DNA from: Gammaproteobacteria bacterium
Lineage (GTDB): Bacteria > Pseudomonadota > Gammaproteobacteria > Pseudomonadales > Pseudohongiellaceae
Direction: 5' to 3'
Length of the DNA: 64,000 nucleotides
NCBI GenBank assembly: GCA_030831125.1
Contig: JAURLQ010000024.1
Location: 13,280 to 77,279 of the forward strand
The position numbers and the translations under genes were made by a program. The notes beneath the pieces were generated by a model. That model was not told the origin of the DNA, ran no database searches, and saw nothing but the letters and a program-made list of their open reading frames with translations. Positions 27,390-37,883 of the stretch are shown piece after piece; the stretch's first letter is position 1; each line of letters opens with the position of its first letter.

Positions 27390-29288
27390 ATGAGCAAGGA
27401 ATATAACGCCAATTCCATCGAAGTACTCAGTGGTCTGGATCCTGTCCGAAGGCGTCCGGGCATGTATACAGACACAACTCGCCCGAATCATCTGGTACAG
27501 GAAGTCATCGACAACAGTGTTGATGAAGCTCTGGCAGGTTATGCCCGCAATATTGAGGTGATTCTTGAGAAAGACGGCAGTATAGGAGTCAGTGATGACG
27601 GACGTGGCATGCCGGTAGACATACATCCGGAAGAAAAGGTCAGTGGTGTTGAGCTTATCCTGACAAGGTTGCATGCAGGTGGAAAATTTTCAAACGACAA
27701 CTACAGGTATTCCGGCGGTCTGCATGGTGTAGGTGTGTCTGTGGTCAATGCCCTGTCAAAGTCACTGGAAGTGCTGGTCAAGCGCAACGGCAACATGTAC
27801 CGGATGACCTTTGCCAACGGCGACAAGAAATCCGAATTGAAGATCATTGAAAAAGTAGGTCAGCGCAATACAGGCACAAGTGTGCGGTTCATGCCGGATA
27901 CAAAATATTTTGATTCTCCCAATGTGTCCATCAGTCGTCTGATTCACGTGTTGCGTGCCAAGGCTGTTCTTTGTCCCGGTTTGAGAGTCAGATTCACAGA
28001 CAATACAGTAAGTGCCGAAAAGTCGCGCAGTGATGAATGGTATTACGAGGATGGCCTGGCTGATTATCTCAAGCAGACGACCCTTGAGAGCGTAACCTTG
28101 CCGGACCAGCCGTTCACCGGATCAATGCAGGGTAATGATGAGGGTGTGGACTGGGCTGTGTTGTGGTTGCCTGAGGGGGGAGAGTTGGCCCAGGAAAGCT
28201 ACGTTAACCTGATCCCGACTGTTCAGGGTGGTACGCATGTAAACGGATTTCGAACCGGACTTATTGAAGCCATCAGGGAATTTTGCGAATTCAGGAATCT
28301 CATTCCCAGAGGAATCAAGCTTTCATCTGAAGATATCTGGGATCGTTGCAGTTACGTACTTTCTTCCAAACTGCTTGACCCGCAGTTTTCGGGTCAAACC
28401 AAGGAAAAACTTTCTTCGCGGCAATGTGCTGTATTTGTATCAGGTGTGGTCAAGGATGCATTCAGTCTGTGGTTGAACCAGCACACTGCCCAGGCAGAGC
28501 AGCTTGCAGACATGTGCATCAGCAACGCGCAGCAGCGACTGAAGGCCAGCAAACTGGTGGTACGGAAGAAGATCACCCAGGGACCGGCATTGCCAGGAAA
28601 ACTGGCAGACTGTTCTGCGCAGGATGTATTTGCTGGTGAGCTTTTCCTCGTGGAAGGAGATTCGGCAGGTGGCTCTGCCAAACAGGCGAGAAACAGGGAA
28701 ACACAGGCCATCATGCCTTTGCGGGGAAAGATCCTGAATACATGGGAAATCAATTCCAATGAAATTCTTGCCTCGCAGGAAGTGCATGACATTGCCACGG
28801 CCATCGGTGTCGATCCGGGTTCAAATGAACTTGAAGGCTTGCGCTATGGCAAAATCTGTATTCTTGCCGATGCGGACTCGGATGGCTTGCATATTGCCAC
28901 CTTGCTCAGCGCGCTCTTCATAAAACATTTTCGTGTGCTGGTTGAGGCAGGCCATATCTATGTGGCCATGCCGCCACTGTACAGAATAGATATCGGCAAG
29001 GAGGTTTTCTATGCGCTTGATGAAGACGAGAAGAACGGCATCCTTGATCGGCTGGTAGCAGAAGGCAAGAAAGGTAAACCCAATGTACAGCGTTTCAAGG
29101 GGCTGGGGGAAATGAATCCCATGCAGCTAAGGGAAACCACAATGAATCCCGATACCCGACGACTGGTCCAGCTGAGTGTTGACGATATCAACCTGACCAA
29201 TGAGCTCATGGACAAGTTGCTGGCCAAGAAAAGATCTCCGGATCGCAAGGTGTGGCTCGAATCCAGGGGCAACCTGGCCGAATTCTAG
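27390..29288 (+). CDS. parE: DNA topoisomerase IV subunit B
   Basis: GHKL ATPase ('GLHGVGVSVVNALS') and Toprim ('LFLVEGDSAGGSAKQARNRETQAIMPLRGKILN', 'ILADADSDGLHI'). At 632 aa it lacks the GyrB insertion, and parC follows. Confidence 0.92.
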   Translation: MSKEYNANSIEVLSGLDPVRRRPGMYTDTTRPNHLVQEVIDNSVDEALAGYARNIEVILEKDGSIGVSDDGRGMPVDIHPEEKVSGVELILTRLHAGGKFSNDNYRYSGGLHGVGVSVVNALSKSLEVLVKRNGNMYRMTFANGDKKSELKIIEKVGQRNTGTSVRFMPDTKYFDSPNVSISRLIHVLRAKAVLCPGLRVRFTDNTVSAEKSRSDEWYYEDGLADYLKQTTLESVTLPDQPFTGSMQGNDEGVDWAVLWLPEGGELAQESYVNLIPTVQGGTHVNGFRTGLIEAIREFCEFRNLIPRGIKLSSEDIWDRCSYVLSSKLLDPQFSGQTKEKLSSRQCAVFVSGVVKDAFSLWLNQHTAQAEQLADMCISNAQQRLKASKLVVRKKITQGPALPGKLADCSAQDVFAGELFLVEGDSAGGSAKQARNRETQAIMPLRGKILNTWEINSNEILASQEVHDIATAIGVDPGSNELEGLRYGKICILADADSDGLHIATLLSALFIKHFRVLVEAGHIYVAMPPLYRIDIGKEVFYALDEDEKNGILDRLVAEGKKGKPNVQRFKGLGEMNPMQLRETTMNPDTRRLVQLSVDDINLTNELMDKLLAKKRSPDRKVWLESRGNLAEF

Positions 29289-29355
29289 GAAGCCATATTT
29301 TTATTCCATGCAATGTACAGCCCGTTAACGACTGACCGTAATCCCGGATAGTGAG

Positions 29356-31611
29356 ATGACAGATACCATTACCTACAATGAAGACGGAATTGAACAGATT
29401 CCGCTTCGCAACTTTGTTGAACAGTCTTACCTGAACTATTCGATGTACGTCATCAATGACCGTGCATTGCCGCATATTGGTGACGGGCTCAAGCCGGTTC
29501 AGAGACGAATCGTGTATGCCATGAGTGAACTTGGCCTCAAGAATTCAGCAAAATTCAAGAAATCTGCCCGTACTATCGGGGATGTCATCGGCAAATTCCA
29601 TCCACATGGCGATTCGGCCTGTTATGAGGCCATGGTGCTGATGGCGCAACCATTTTCCTATCGTTATCCACTTGTAGATGGGCAGGGCAACTGGGGCTCC
29701 CCGGATGATCCCAAGTCTTTTGCTGCCATGCGATATACAGAATCCAGGCTGCAAAAATATGCGGAGGTGCTGCTTTCCGAGCTAGGACAGGACACAGTTG
29801 ACTGGAAACTGAATTTCGATGGGGAACTTGAAGAGCCGGTACTCCTGCCGGCGCGTTTGCCCAATGTACTTCTGAATGGTGGCAGCGGGATTGCGGTAGG
29901 CATGGCAACAGATATTCCTCCGCACAATCTCAGGGAAGTTGCCCAGGCCTGCATCCATCTACTCGATAATCCATCGAGCACGAGAGCTGAGTTGACAGCA
30001 TTCATAAAGGCCCCCGATTTTCCCACTGCCGCGGAGATCATCACCCCTGTGGATGAAATTGCAGGTATATATGAAACCGGCAGGGGCATGGTGCGATGCA
30101 GGGCGGTCTTCCACAAGGAGGATGGTGATATTGTTATTACCGCACTGCCTTATCAGGTCAGCGGTGCCAAAGTGCTGGAGCAGATTGCTGCCCAGATGCA
30201 GAAAAAGAAATTGCCGATGATTGTTGATCTGCGGGATGAGTCAGATCACGAAAATCCGACCAGAATCGTGATTGTGCCACGTTCTAATCGTGTCGATGCC
30301 GATGCGGTAATGGGTCATCTTTTTACCTGTACCGATCTGGAAAAGAGCTATCGTGTGAATCTCAACATGATAGGTACTGACGGGCTTCCCCGTGTAAAAA
30401 GTCTGCTGGAAATTCTCAGGGAATGGCTCGAATTCAGAACTGTCACGGTAACACGGCGACTGCAGTACCGCCTGGACAAGATTCTGGCGCGACTGCACAT
30501 TCTCGAAGCCCTGCTCATAGCCTACCTGAATATAGATGAGGTCATCAGGATCATTCGCACCGAAGACAAGCCCAAGCCGGCGTTAATGGATTGTTTCGGA
30601 TTGTCTGACAGGCAGGCAGAAGCCATTCTGGAACTGAAATTAAGAAACCTGGCAAAACTGGAGGAAATCCAGATCAAGGCTGAACAGGATGCTCTGGATG
30701 AGGAGCGCAAGGGGTTGGAGCAGACGCTGGGATCAAAGGCCAGACTCAAGACCCTGATCAAGAAAGAGCTTGCTGAAGATGCCGAAACATTCGGGGATGA
30801 CCGAAGATCTCCCCTGGTCCATAGGGAGGAAGCACAGGCTTTCTCGGAAACAGAGCTCATGACTACAGAGCCGGTTACCATCGTGTTGTCTGAAGCAGGC
30901 TGGGTACGTGCCGCCAAGGGTCATGACATGGATGCCTCTGCACTTTCCTACAAGTCTGGCGACAAGCTGAAACTGTTCGGCCGGGGAAAAAGCAATCAGG
31001 CCGCAATTTTTCTCGATTCTACCGGGCGGGCCTATTCAGTTGCAGCACATACCCTGCCAACCGCGCGAGGCATGGGAGAGCCATTGACAGGTCGGGTCAA
31101 CCCTCCTTCAGGTGCCACCTTCGAGGGTTTGCTGATCGGTGATCCGGAGAACCGCTGCCTGATTGGTTCGGATGCCGGATATGGTTTTGTTACACAACTT
31201 GAAAATCTGCTCAGCAAGAACCGGGCAGGCAAGGCTGTACTCAGTATGCCCCGGGGCAGCAGGGTAGTGCCTCCGGTCCCGGTCAACAATCCATCTGAAG
31301 ATGAAGTGGTTGCCATAACGAATGAAGGTAGAATGCTGATGTTCAAAGTGGCTGAGTTGCCGGAATTGCCAAAAGGCAAAGGCAACAAGATAATCAGCAT
31401 TCCTTCCTCTCGTGTGGCAGACCGTTCTGAGTTTGTCATTGCATATGCTGTAATAGGGTCCGGAAAAGTGCTGTATATCCATTCAGGAAAACGGTATTTA
31501 CGCATGACCATGGATGATATGGAGCATTACCGGGGTGAGCGTGGCAGAAGAGGAAACAAACTGCCGCGTGGTTTCCAGAAAGTAGACAGGGTCGAGATGC
31601 AGGAGAAGTAA
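29356..31611 (+). CDS. parC: DNA topoisomerase IV subunit A
   Basis: '[16 protein letters not shown]', the active-site Tyr in '[10 protein letters not shown]', and a C-terminal beta-pinwheel. 751 aa. Confidence 0.92.
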   Translation: MTDTITYNEDGIEQIPLRNFVEQSYLNYSMYVINDRALPHIGDGLKPVQRRIVYAMSELGLKNSAKFKKSARTIGDVIGKFHPHGDSACYEAMVLMAQPFSYRYPLVDGQGNWGSPDDPKSFAAMRYTESRLQKYAEVLLSELGQDTVDWKLNFDGELEEPVLLPARLPNVLLNGGSGIAVGMATDIPPHNLREVAQACIHLLDNPSSTRAELTAFIKAPDFPTAAEIITPVDEIAGIYETGRGMVRCRAVFHKEDGDIVITALPYQVSGAKVLEQIAAQMQKKKLPMIVDLRDESDHENPTRIVIVPRSNRVDADAVMGHLFTCTDLEKSYRVNLNMIGTDGLPRVKSLLEILREWLEFRTVTVTRRLQYRLDKILARLHILEALLIAYLNIDEVIRIIRTEDKPKPALMDCFGLSDRQAEAILELKLRNLAKLEEIQIKAEQDALDEERKGLEQTLGSKARLKTLIKKELAEDAETFGDDRRSPLVHREEAQAFSETELMTTEPVTIVLSEAGWVRAAKGHDMDASALSYKSGDKLKLFGRGKSNQAAIFLDSTGRAYSVAAHTLPTARGMGEPLTGRVNPPSGATFEGLLIGDPENRCLIGSDAGYGFVTQLENLLSKNRAGKAVLSMPRGSRVVPPVPVNNPSEDEVVAITNEGRMLMFKVAELPELPKGKGNKIISIPSSRVADRSEFVIAYAVIGSGKVLYIHSGKRYLRMTMDDMEHYRGERGRRGNKLPRGFQKVDRVEMQEK

Positions 31612-31640
31612 CAGAATCCCTGTCCACATGAGGATCAACG

Positions 31641-33938
31641 ATGACCGCATACCATGGCTGGTTTTCTCAAAACAGAAAGGCAGTAACGGTTATATTCCTT
31701 TGCGCTGTCAGCGTACCAGTACAAGCCCAGGTGCAACCACCTGAGCTGATTACGGTTACGGCAACCAAACGCGAAGAAAACATCCATCGTGTTGATATCA
31801 GTCTTTCTGTCATCGATGCCGAGGAAATTCAAAACCTCAATCTGCTCTCATTGCCCGAGCTTGCCTCGCTTGCCCAGAATGTCTCCCTGTTTGAAGATTT
31901 TCCCGGTGCTGGCATTCCAACCTGGGTGATCAGGGGGGTTGGTCTGCAGGATTTCAACAGCAACAACACACCTGCTGCAGCTGTCTATCTTGACGGCAAC
32001 TATCAGGTGGCCACCGTGATGGGAGCTGCCGGACTTTTCGATGTCCAGCAGGTGGAAATTCTCAAGGGGCCCCAGGGAGGGCTATACGGCAGGAACACCA
32101 GTGGTGGAGCTGTGCTGATGAATACCCGCAGGGCTCAGCAGAATGTCACCAATGCCTATTTGCAGGCGGGGTATGGCAGCTGGGACAGGGCCCGGATAAC
32201 AGGGGCCATGAATGTACCGATCAATCCGGAAATGGCATTGCGTTTGTCCATGAACGGAGAGAGTGGCAATGATGGATGGCAGAAATCCATCTCCAGTGGC
32301 AGCACACATGGAGCACGGGATCGCTTGGATTTTCGTAGCTGGTTTGCCTATGAGCCAGGTGAAAAATTTGCCCTGCACTGGAAAGTCCAGAGTGGCTATG
32401 ACAACTCGGATATACCACTTGGCAGGTCCGCGGGCTTGTACGAAGACGGTTTAACCGGGAATTTCTGTGCAGCTGTCCTGCGTGGTCAGCGGAATGATGA
32501 CACATGTATCAGTTTCGCGGGTGTGAACCAGAGGATATTCAACGAAAGAGATCCTGAAGTGATTTCCCTGCAATCGGGAGATGGTCGCAATGTGTATTCT
32601 GATCCGCTCAACAGGCAGGGCAATGATTACGTGAGCACGCTGCTGGAGCTGACTGTAGACCTGCAAGGCATGGTTTTCCAGTCACTCAGTACCTGGGACA
32701 AATTCGGGTATGGTGTGGATCTCGATCTGGATGGCAGTGAAGGGGAGTATGGACACAGGCTGTCCAACAGTGACATCAGGGTGTTCAGTCAGGAGTTCCG
32801 TCTGCTTTCTGCTGCTGATGCGCCTTTGCAATGGCTTGCAGGTATTTCATGGAGTGATGAAGAGTTTGTTGAAAGAAGGGATTTCAACCTGCGCGACAAT
32901 CGCCTTGTAGGTCTTGGTCAGGGCAAGCTCCAGTATGATCAGGATACGACTTCGCTGGCAGTGTATGCAGATGCCAGCTACAGCTTTTCTCCTCAATGGC
33001 GGTTAACGGGTAACTTGCGCTATACCGACGAGGAAAAGCAATATCGCAACGGCGCGTTTTACATACCACTTGCCCAGCCTTTCTACTTCGTAAGAGATTT
33101 ACAACAGGATTACGCTCTTGGTGAAAATGTCAGCGGCAGCGTGTCGCTGAACTGGCTGCCCAATGACAACAGTATCGGTTACCTCAAGTTTTCTCGTGGT
33201 TTCAAGAGTGGTGGTTTCTATGGTGGCTTCCCGTTCAATCCGGCTGAGGTCATTCCCTACAGTGAAGAAACCATTGCGGCATGGGAGCTTGGCTTCAGAC
33301 AAAAATGGATGGATCGGCAGCTGCAAATGGCAGGTGCATTTTTCACCTATGATTATCAGGATGTACAGGGGTTCATCAGGGATATCAATCCGGTGACAGG
33401 AACCGGTATAGACAGGCTTGCCAATCAGGGTGATGCCCGGCATGAAGGACTGGAACTGGAGTTGTTATGGCGCCCTTCAGAAAATCTGCATTTTGAAGTG
33501 GGTGCAGGCTGGCTGGATGCAGTTTTCACTTCGTCAGATATCAGAACTGTCAATATCGATGGTGATCAGGTGCCGGTATCTGGCAGACGACCCTGGGCTC
33601 CCCGGTTCAATGGATATTTCCTGCTGAACTGGCGACACGATTTTTGGGCTCAGACGAAGCTGGATATGACCCTGGTCTATGATTACCGCAGTACTTTTTC
33701 AGGAGACCCATCATCACTTGCCGAGAAAGCCGTCAATGAGTTGCCTGGTTATGGACTGTTCGGGTTTGCGGCAAGACTTGGCAGAAATGGTTCTCCATGG
33801 GAGGCCGGCATCTGGATCAAGAACCTGCAGGACAAAAAATATCGATTGAGAACAAAGGGTGATGGTTTGAACAGTTACATGGATATATATGGTGAGCCAA
33901 GATCGATCGGGTTCAATATCCAGTATTCGTTCCAATAA
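31641..33938 (+). CDS. TonB-dependent outer-membrane receptor
   Basis: Signal peptide (…VPVQAQ), TonB-box/plug start 'ELITVTATKREE', 'VEILKGPQGGLYGRNTSGG', and a terminal aromatic in 'GFNIQYSF'. Confidence 0.85.
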   Translation: MTAYHGWFSQNRKAVTVIFLCAVSVPVQAQVQPPELITVTATKREENIHRVDISLSVIDAEEIQNLNLLSLPELASLAQNVSLFEDFPGAGIPTWVIRGVGLQDFNSNNTPAAAVYLDGNYQVATVMGAAGLFDVQQVEILKGPQGGLYGRNTSGGAVLMNTRRAQQNVTNAYLQAGYGSWDRARITGAMNVPINPEMALRLSMNGESGNDGWQKSISSGSTHGARDRLDFRSWFAYEPGEKFALHWKVQSGYDNSDIPLGRSAGLYEDGLTGNFCAAVLRGQRNDDTCISFAGVNQRIFNERDPEVISLQSGDGRNVYSDPLNRQGNDYVSTLLELTVDLQGMVFQSLSTWDKFGYGVDLDLDGSEGEYGHRLSNSDIRVFSQEFRLLSAADAPLQWLAGISWSDEEFVERRDFNLRDNRLVGLGQGKLQYDQDTTSLAVYADASYSFSPQWRLTGNLRYTDEEKQYRNGAFYIPLAQPFYFVRDLQQDYALGENVSGSVSLNWLPNDNSIGYLKFSRGFKSGGFYGGFPFNPAEVIPYSEETIAAWELGFRQKWMDRQLQMAGAFFTYDYQDVQGFIRDINPVTGTGIDRLANQGDARHEGLELELLWRPSENLHFEVGAGWLDAVFTSSDIRTVNIDGDQVPVSGRRPWAPRFNGYFLLNWRHDFWAQTKLDMTLVYDYRSTFSGDPSSLAEKAVNELPGYGLFGFAARLGRNGSPWEAGIWIKNLQDKKYRLRTKGDGLNSYMDIYGEPRSIGFNIQYSFQ

Positions 33939-34105
33939 AATGAAATCAATTTAATATCAATCGTGCGTCAATTTTTCCTTGAATATCAATGAGCTGCCGC
34001 CATTTTTCTGGAACTATTCTGATAGAATGCCTTGACCAGCAGGTTAATGCGTTGTCAAGAGAATAATTCATTTTCTGCGCAACCCTGTTGCTGCCATCAG
34101 TCAGT

Positions 34106-34140
34106 CAGTATCAAGGGACATGCGCGACAGTATCGGGACA
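34106..34140 (+). promoter_or_regulatory. Direct repeat CAGTATC(AA)GGGACA x2 (22-nt period) upstream of the GNAT-like gene; candidate regulator binding site
   Basis: CAGTATCAAGGGACA lies at 34106-34120 and CAGTATCGGGACA at 34128-34140, about 120-150 nt upstream of ATG 34257. Only the repeat itself is seen; its function is inferred. Confidence 0.25.
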
Positions 34141-34256
34141 AGGCATTTATGGAGGTCAAGGATCAGGGAGCGATCATGACCTTGTAACCCTGTTGGATTT
34201 CTGATGGCTTGCAGGTTAGGAATATCACTGCTGGACATAATCCTCAGGAGTTACTC

Positions 34257-35085
34257 ATGTCTCACTATCAATCCAGTGCTGCACTGCAGATACAACAGGA
34301 GGTCCATCCTGCAAGTATCGGCATGCTTTTCAAGGTTTTCGAGCAAAGCGAAGATCAGCTCAAGGTTGCCAGACTCAATCTGAAACTGCAGCAGCAGTTT
34401 GGCGATGATTTCTATTTGCAGTGTTACTCGGGCGATCAGCTCTTCCGATTACCAAAGTCCACGCTGCACAGTCTTGCAGACTGTTATGCCGAAGTTTTCA
34501 ATGAGAGCTGGGGAGAAGACTGGACCAGAGAGTCTGCGCTGGAAGAAATTCACAGCTGCATGGATTGTGATCCTGACTATACCCCTGTCATGAGCATACT
34601 GTTCAGGGATGAAAAGGTCATCGGGTTCTGTTGGGGTTTCATAATGGATGCAGCGTCACTGACTGATGAAAGCGCTCCATTCTCATCTTCCGACCTCAAG
34701 CGACATGAAAGTATGAATGTTGCCAGATATTGGTTGAGTGATGTTAGCAAAAAAAAGCAGATTCATATCAATATGTGAGCTTGGTGTAATTCGTGAATAC
34801 CGCCAGGACAAGACTCCCTACCTTACACTGCCAATTTTTGAAAAAGCGAGAGCTACTGAATGTAATGTGGCATTTTTCAGAACGAGGATATCAAGCAAGG
34901 CTTTCAAGTGGAGTCTGGGAGTGGGGTTTGTTCCCCTGCAGTTGTTCATGGTGGATGGTTTGCTGCTGATGAAAGGCAGTGTCAAATACGCCATGGAACT
35001 GCTTTATGGATCGATAGACCAGATGAAGAAAAGAAAAAGTCAGGTTGAAATAATCGGTAATATCAAGCGTTATATGTGTGATTGA
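34257..35085 (+). pseudogene. GNAT-fold-like acyltransferase gene split by a frameshift in an A8 homopolymer (two track ORFs, 34209-34778 and 34738-35085)
   Basis: ATG 34257 has AGGAG 7 nt upstream. ORF1 carries the N-terminal half ('VIGFCWGFIMD' beta-strand). ORF2, in the +1 frame, carries the motif-A-like 'ICELGVIREYRQDKTPY' and the C-terminal half. Deleting one A from the A8 run (34749-34756) joins them into one ~275-aa frame. Confidence 0.5.
34749..34756 (+). other. A8 homopolymer at the frameshift point of the GNAT-like gene
   Basis: The sequence reads ...gttagcAAAAAAAAgcagattc..., with the reading frames switching here. Confidence 0.9.
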
Positions 35086-35110
35086 GCCGGATTGAAGGTG
35101 TAAAGATATA

Positions 35111-37240
35111 ATGGCTTTCTGGTCACTCAATGATTTGTTTTTGATAAATGCACTGTTGCTGGTATTGCTGGGTGTATTCCTTGTTGCCAGGAAAAAGTCT
35201 GCCCTGCCCCGGATATTCTTTGTCACCAATATTTCATTGGCTGTGTGGAATATCTGTATATACCTTGTAGATGAGGGAATCTGGCAGGAATATGCCAGAG
35301 GCATTATCAAGGTGCAGTTGCTGGCAGCCATGTGCTTTGCCAACGGACTTTATTATTTCTGTTCTTCCTATCCCGTCTTCAAGCCAGGGCGTCTTTATCT
35401 GCTCAATGGTGTGGTGGCGCTCGCTTTTGCCGGTGCAATAATTTTTACCTCACAGGTATCCAGCGTAGTTTTTGTTGATGGAGAGTTGGTATACGAAGAT
35501 GTGCCGGGTTACTCACTATACTCGATTTACCTGTCATCGCTTGGATTCCTGGCCTTGTACAAGCTTGTCCGTGCACGTCGCCAGTATCCGGAGCATGACG
35601 GCAGAATCCGGTATTTTCTCATAGGTGTATCAATCTATGTCTGCTCTGCCATTATCTTCAATCTTGTACTTCCCAGCCTTGCTATCTACGATTTTCTTCT
35701 GCTGGGGAGATTGAGTGCCACTTCTGCGCCCCTGTTTTTCTTCTATGCAATAGCCAAACATGAATTTCTCGATGTAACTGTAATTATCAACAAGACAGCA
35801 GCCTGGCTTACAACTATGGGTCTGGTCCTGCTGTTTACAATGATTGTGAATCAGCTCACTGCAGCAAACGAGCTGCTGAACATGATTTCAGTAGGAGCAT
35901 GTCTGGTTGCTGCAGCGCTTTTCAGTAGCGATCTGCAACGCTTTTTGCTTACATCTGCGCGAAGAAAGTTCATCAGGGGCTGGTATTCAACGACTGACGT
36001 AATCAACAGGATTGCCAGCAAGCTTACACTGGAAAAGAACCGTGAGGCTATATTCCAGGAAATTATCTCGGAACTTGACCGGGTTTTTGAGCTGGAAGAT
36101 ACCTTGTGTGTTGTGGCTGTCAGAAATGAAAGTGGCAGTTTTGCCTATTACAAGGTGTTGGGCAGGTTCCAGAAAATCAGGACTGATGATCCTCTGATTC
36201 GATGGGTGGATGGTCTCAAGTCTGCCGTCCCGTTCGCCGATGTCCATGATGAAACCCTGATAGAAAGAATCAGCACGCTGGGTGTAGGTGTCAATAATGA
36301 CGGTGTGCTGTTGCCTTTCCATTCTCCTGAATTTCTTGAAGGGTTGCTTGTGCTTGGTGAAAAAGGAAACAAGCGCCCATATACGGTTGATGATTTCCGG
36401 TTTTTTGAAAATCTTATCAGTTTCGTTACGCCTGTACTTTACCGTCTTACTCCATTCGAGAAACTCGAGAAACTCTACAACGAAAACAGGGCCAGGCTCC
36501 ATGAGGCGGAAATTCAGCTGATAAGGGCGCAGAAAATTGAATCCATTGCTCATGCTACCAGGCAGTGCCATCACGAAATCAGGACCCCGCTCAATATCAT
36601 CAAGCTTGGGATAAACCGCATCCGGAATATGGAAGAGCTTGAGAACTACAAATCTGTTGCCAGGGAGGAAATAGAGCATGCACTGGAAATTGTTGATGAA
36701 ACACTTGCGCTTACCGATCTTTCTGACAGTTCTTCCAGAAGTTATACCGAGGTCAATGTCAACGATGTTATCAATCGTTGTTTGCGGTTGATCGATTATT
36801 CGAAATACAAAGTGGTGCTGGACCTCAATGAAGTGCCGGGATTGCTGGCAAGTTTCAGTGACCTGCAGGTAGTAATATCGAATCTCATTCACAATGCAAT
36901 GGATGCCATGCCGCAAGGTGGCACACTGGCATTTTCAAGTCTGGTTGAAGCTGGTGCTGTCAGCATTGTGGTGGAAGATACCGGTGAAGGCATTCCGGAA
37001 GAGCTCCGCTCCAGGGTATGGGAGCCTTACTTCAGCGGCAAATTCTCTGAAACCGGGAACTCGACAGCAGGAAGGGGATGGGGTCTCACTATCGTCAACA
37101 GGATAATCAGTGAGCACAAGGGGACGATCAGGTTTTCAAGTGAAATTGGCGTAGGTACCCGTTTCAGTATTTCTCTGCCAATCTACAAAGAATTGAATAA
37201 TGTCGGGATAGTAAGGCTTCGGGCAGAAAAGGCTTCCTAG
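35111..37240 (+). CDS. Sensor histidine kinase: N-terminal 7TM domain - GAF-like - HisKA - HATPase_c
   Basis: About 7 hydrophobic helices, ending in 'FFFYAIAKHEFLDV' (HisKA_7TM-like). GAF-like segment ('LLPFHSPEFLEGLLVLGEKGNKRPYTVDDFRFFE'). H-box 'CHHEIRTPLNII', N-box 'ISNLIHNAMDAM', G-boxes 'EDTGEGIP' and 'GRGWGLTIV'. It starts 26 nt after the GNAT-like gene. Confidence 0.85.
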   Translation: MAFWSLNDLFLINALLLVLLGVFLVARKKSALPRIFFVTNISLAVWNICIYLVDEGIWQEYARGIIKVQLLAAMCFANGLYYFCSSYPVFKPGRLYLLNGVVALAFAGAIIFTSQVSSVVFVDGELVYEDVPGYSLYSIYLSSLGFLALYKLVRARRQYPEHDGRIRYFLIGVSIYVCSAIIFNLVLPSLAIYDFLLLGRLSATSAPLFFFYAIAKHEFLDVTVIINKTAAWLTTMGLVLLFTMIVNQLTAANELLNMISVGACLVAAALFSSDLQRFLLTSARRKFIRGWYSTTDVINRIASKLTLEKNREAIFQEIISELDRVFELEDTLCVVAVRNESGSFAYYKVLGRFQKIRTDDPLIRWVDGLKSAVPFADVHDETLIERISTLGVGVNNDGVLLPFHSPEFLEGLLVLGEKGNKRPYTVDDFRFFENLISFVTPVLYRLTPFEKLEKLYNENRARLHEAEIQLIRAQKIESIAHATRQCHHEIRTPLNIIKLGINRIRNMEELENYKSVAREEIEHALEIVDETLALTDLSDSSSRSYTEVNVNDVINRCLRLIDYSKYKVVLDLNEVPGLLASFSDLQVVISNLIHNAMDAMPQGGTLAFSSLVEAGAVSIVVEDTGEGIPEELRSRVWEPYFSGKFSETGNSTAGRGWGLTIVNRIISEHKGTIRFSSEIGVGTRFSISLPIYKELNNVGIVRLRAEKAS

Positions 37241-37349
37241 GGTAGCGCTAGTGTGGTCACAGTAGAGTGGCTTGCAGTGGGTATCGGCGAACATTGACCT
37301 TTACAGGCGATTGCTGGTTGCCAGATCTGTAGCAGTGGTACTGTCGCAA

Positions 37350-37883
37350 TCAGTTGTTGTTGCCTGATTTTTTTGAGATTTCCTGCAGCCAACGGGATCT
37401 TTGCTCTATGAGCAGCTCACGCATGACTTCAGCCTCTCTGTCAAATACAACCCGTTTCAGCGATTGCAGCAACTCTGCTTCATCAAAGGGTTTCAGAATA
37501 TAGGCCGAAGCCATGCCAAGTGAAGAATCTTCTGCAAGCATGCGCAGGTGATTGTCACCATAGGCAGTAATAATGATTACCGGAATATAGCGTTTGAAAG
37601 GACTTTTATGTTCTTTCTGTCTCAACAGGCGCAGGAATTTGTCACCGCTCATGTTGGGCATTTGCCAGTCAAGCAGAATGCATGAAATGGCATTGCTCAG
37701 GAAGTCGAAACCACGCTCATGGCGGGAAAGAATATCAAGTGCTTCCTGCCCGTCATGGGCCATGAGTACTTCGTACAGGCCGGTTTCCCTTATTACATCG
37801 GCAGTGAGTTCGGCCTGACGAAGATTGTCCTCTACAAGCAGAACAGGTGGACGATCATATTTGATGGGGGAGAACCAGTTCAT
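37350..37883 (-). CDS. Stand-alone (CheY-like) response-regulator receiver protein
   Basis: 'VLLVEDN', phospho-acceptor 'ILLDWQMPNMSG', 'VIIITAY' and 'ILKPF' are all intact. Only a ~40-aa charged tail follows. ATG 37883 overlaps the upstream stop (ATGA). Confidence 0.85.
   Translation of the reverse strand: MNWFSPIKYDRPPVLLVEDNLRQAELTADVIRETGLYEVLMAHDGQEALDILSRHERGFDFLSNAISCILLDWQMPNMSGDKFLRLLRQKEHKSPFKRYIPVIIITAYGDNHLRMLAEDSSLGMASAYILKPFDEAELLQSLKRVVFDREAEVMRELLIEQRSRWLQEISKKSGNNN

Noticed and set aside
34099-34110. A (CAGT)3-type run, 'cagtcagtcagt', resembles the TGACTGAC arms of the tolC palindrome at 24482-24499.
   Set aside because: This is a low-complexity tetranucleotide repeat. The similarity between the two sites is explained by the simple repeat unit and need not reflect a shared operator.
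35987-36916. A 309-aa ORF antisense to the 7TM-GAF histidine kinase, the longest unexplained ORF in the window.
   Set aside because: Its codons are exactly phase-aligned with the sense codons. This is the shadow frame, where stops correspond to sense TTA/CTA/TCA. The translation has no motif or hydrophobic pattern, and the sense strand has unmistakable kinase motifs.
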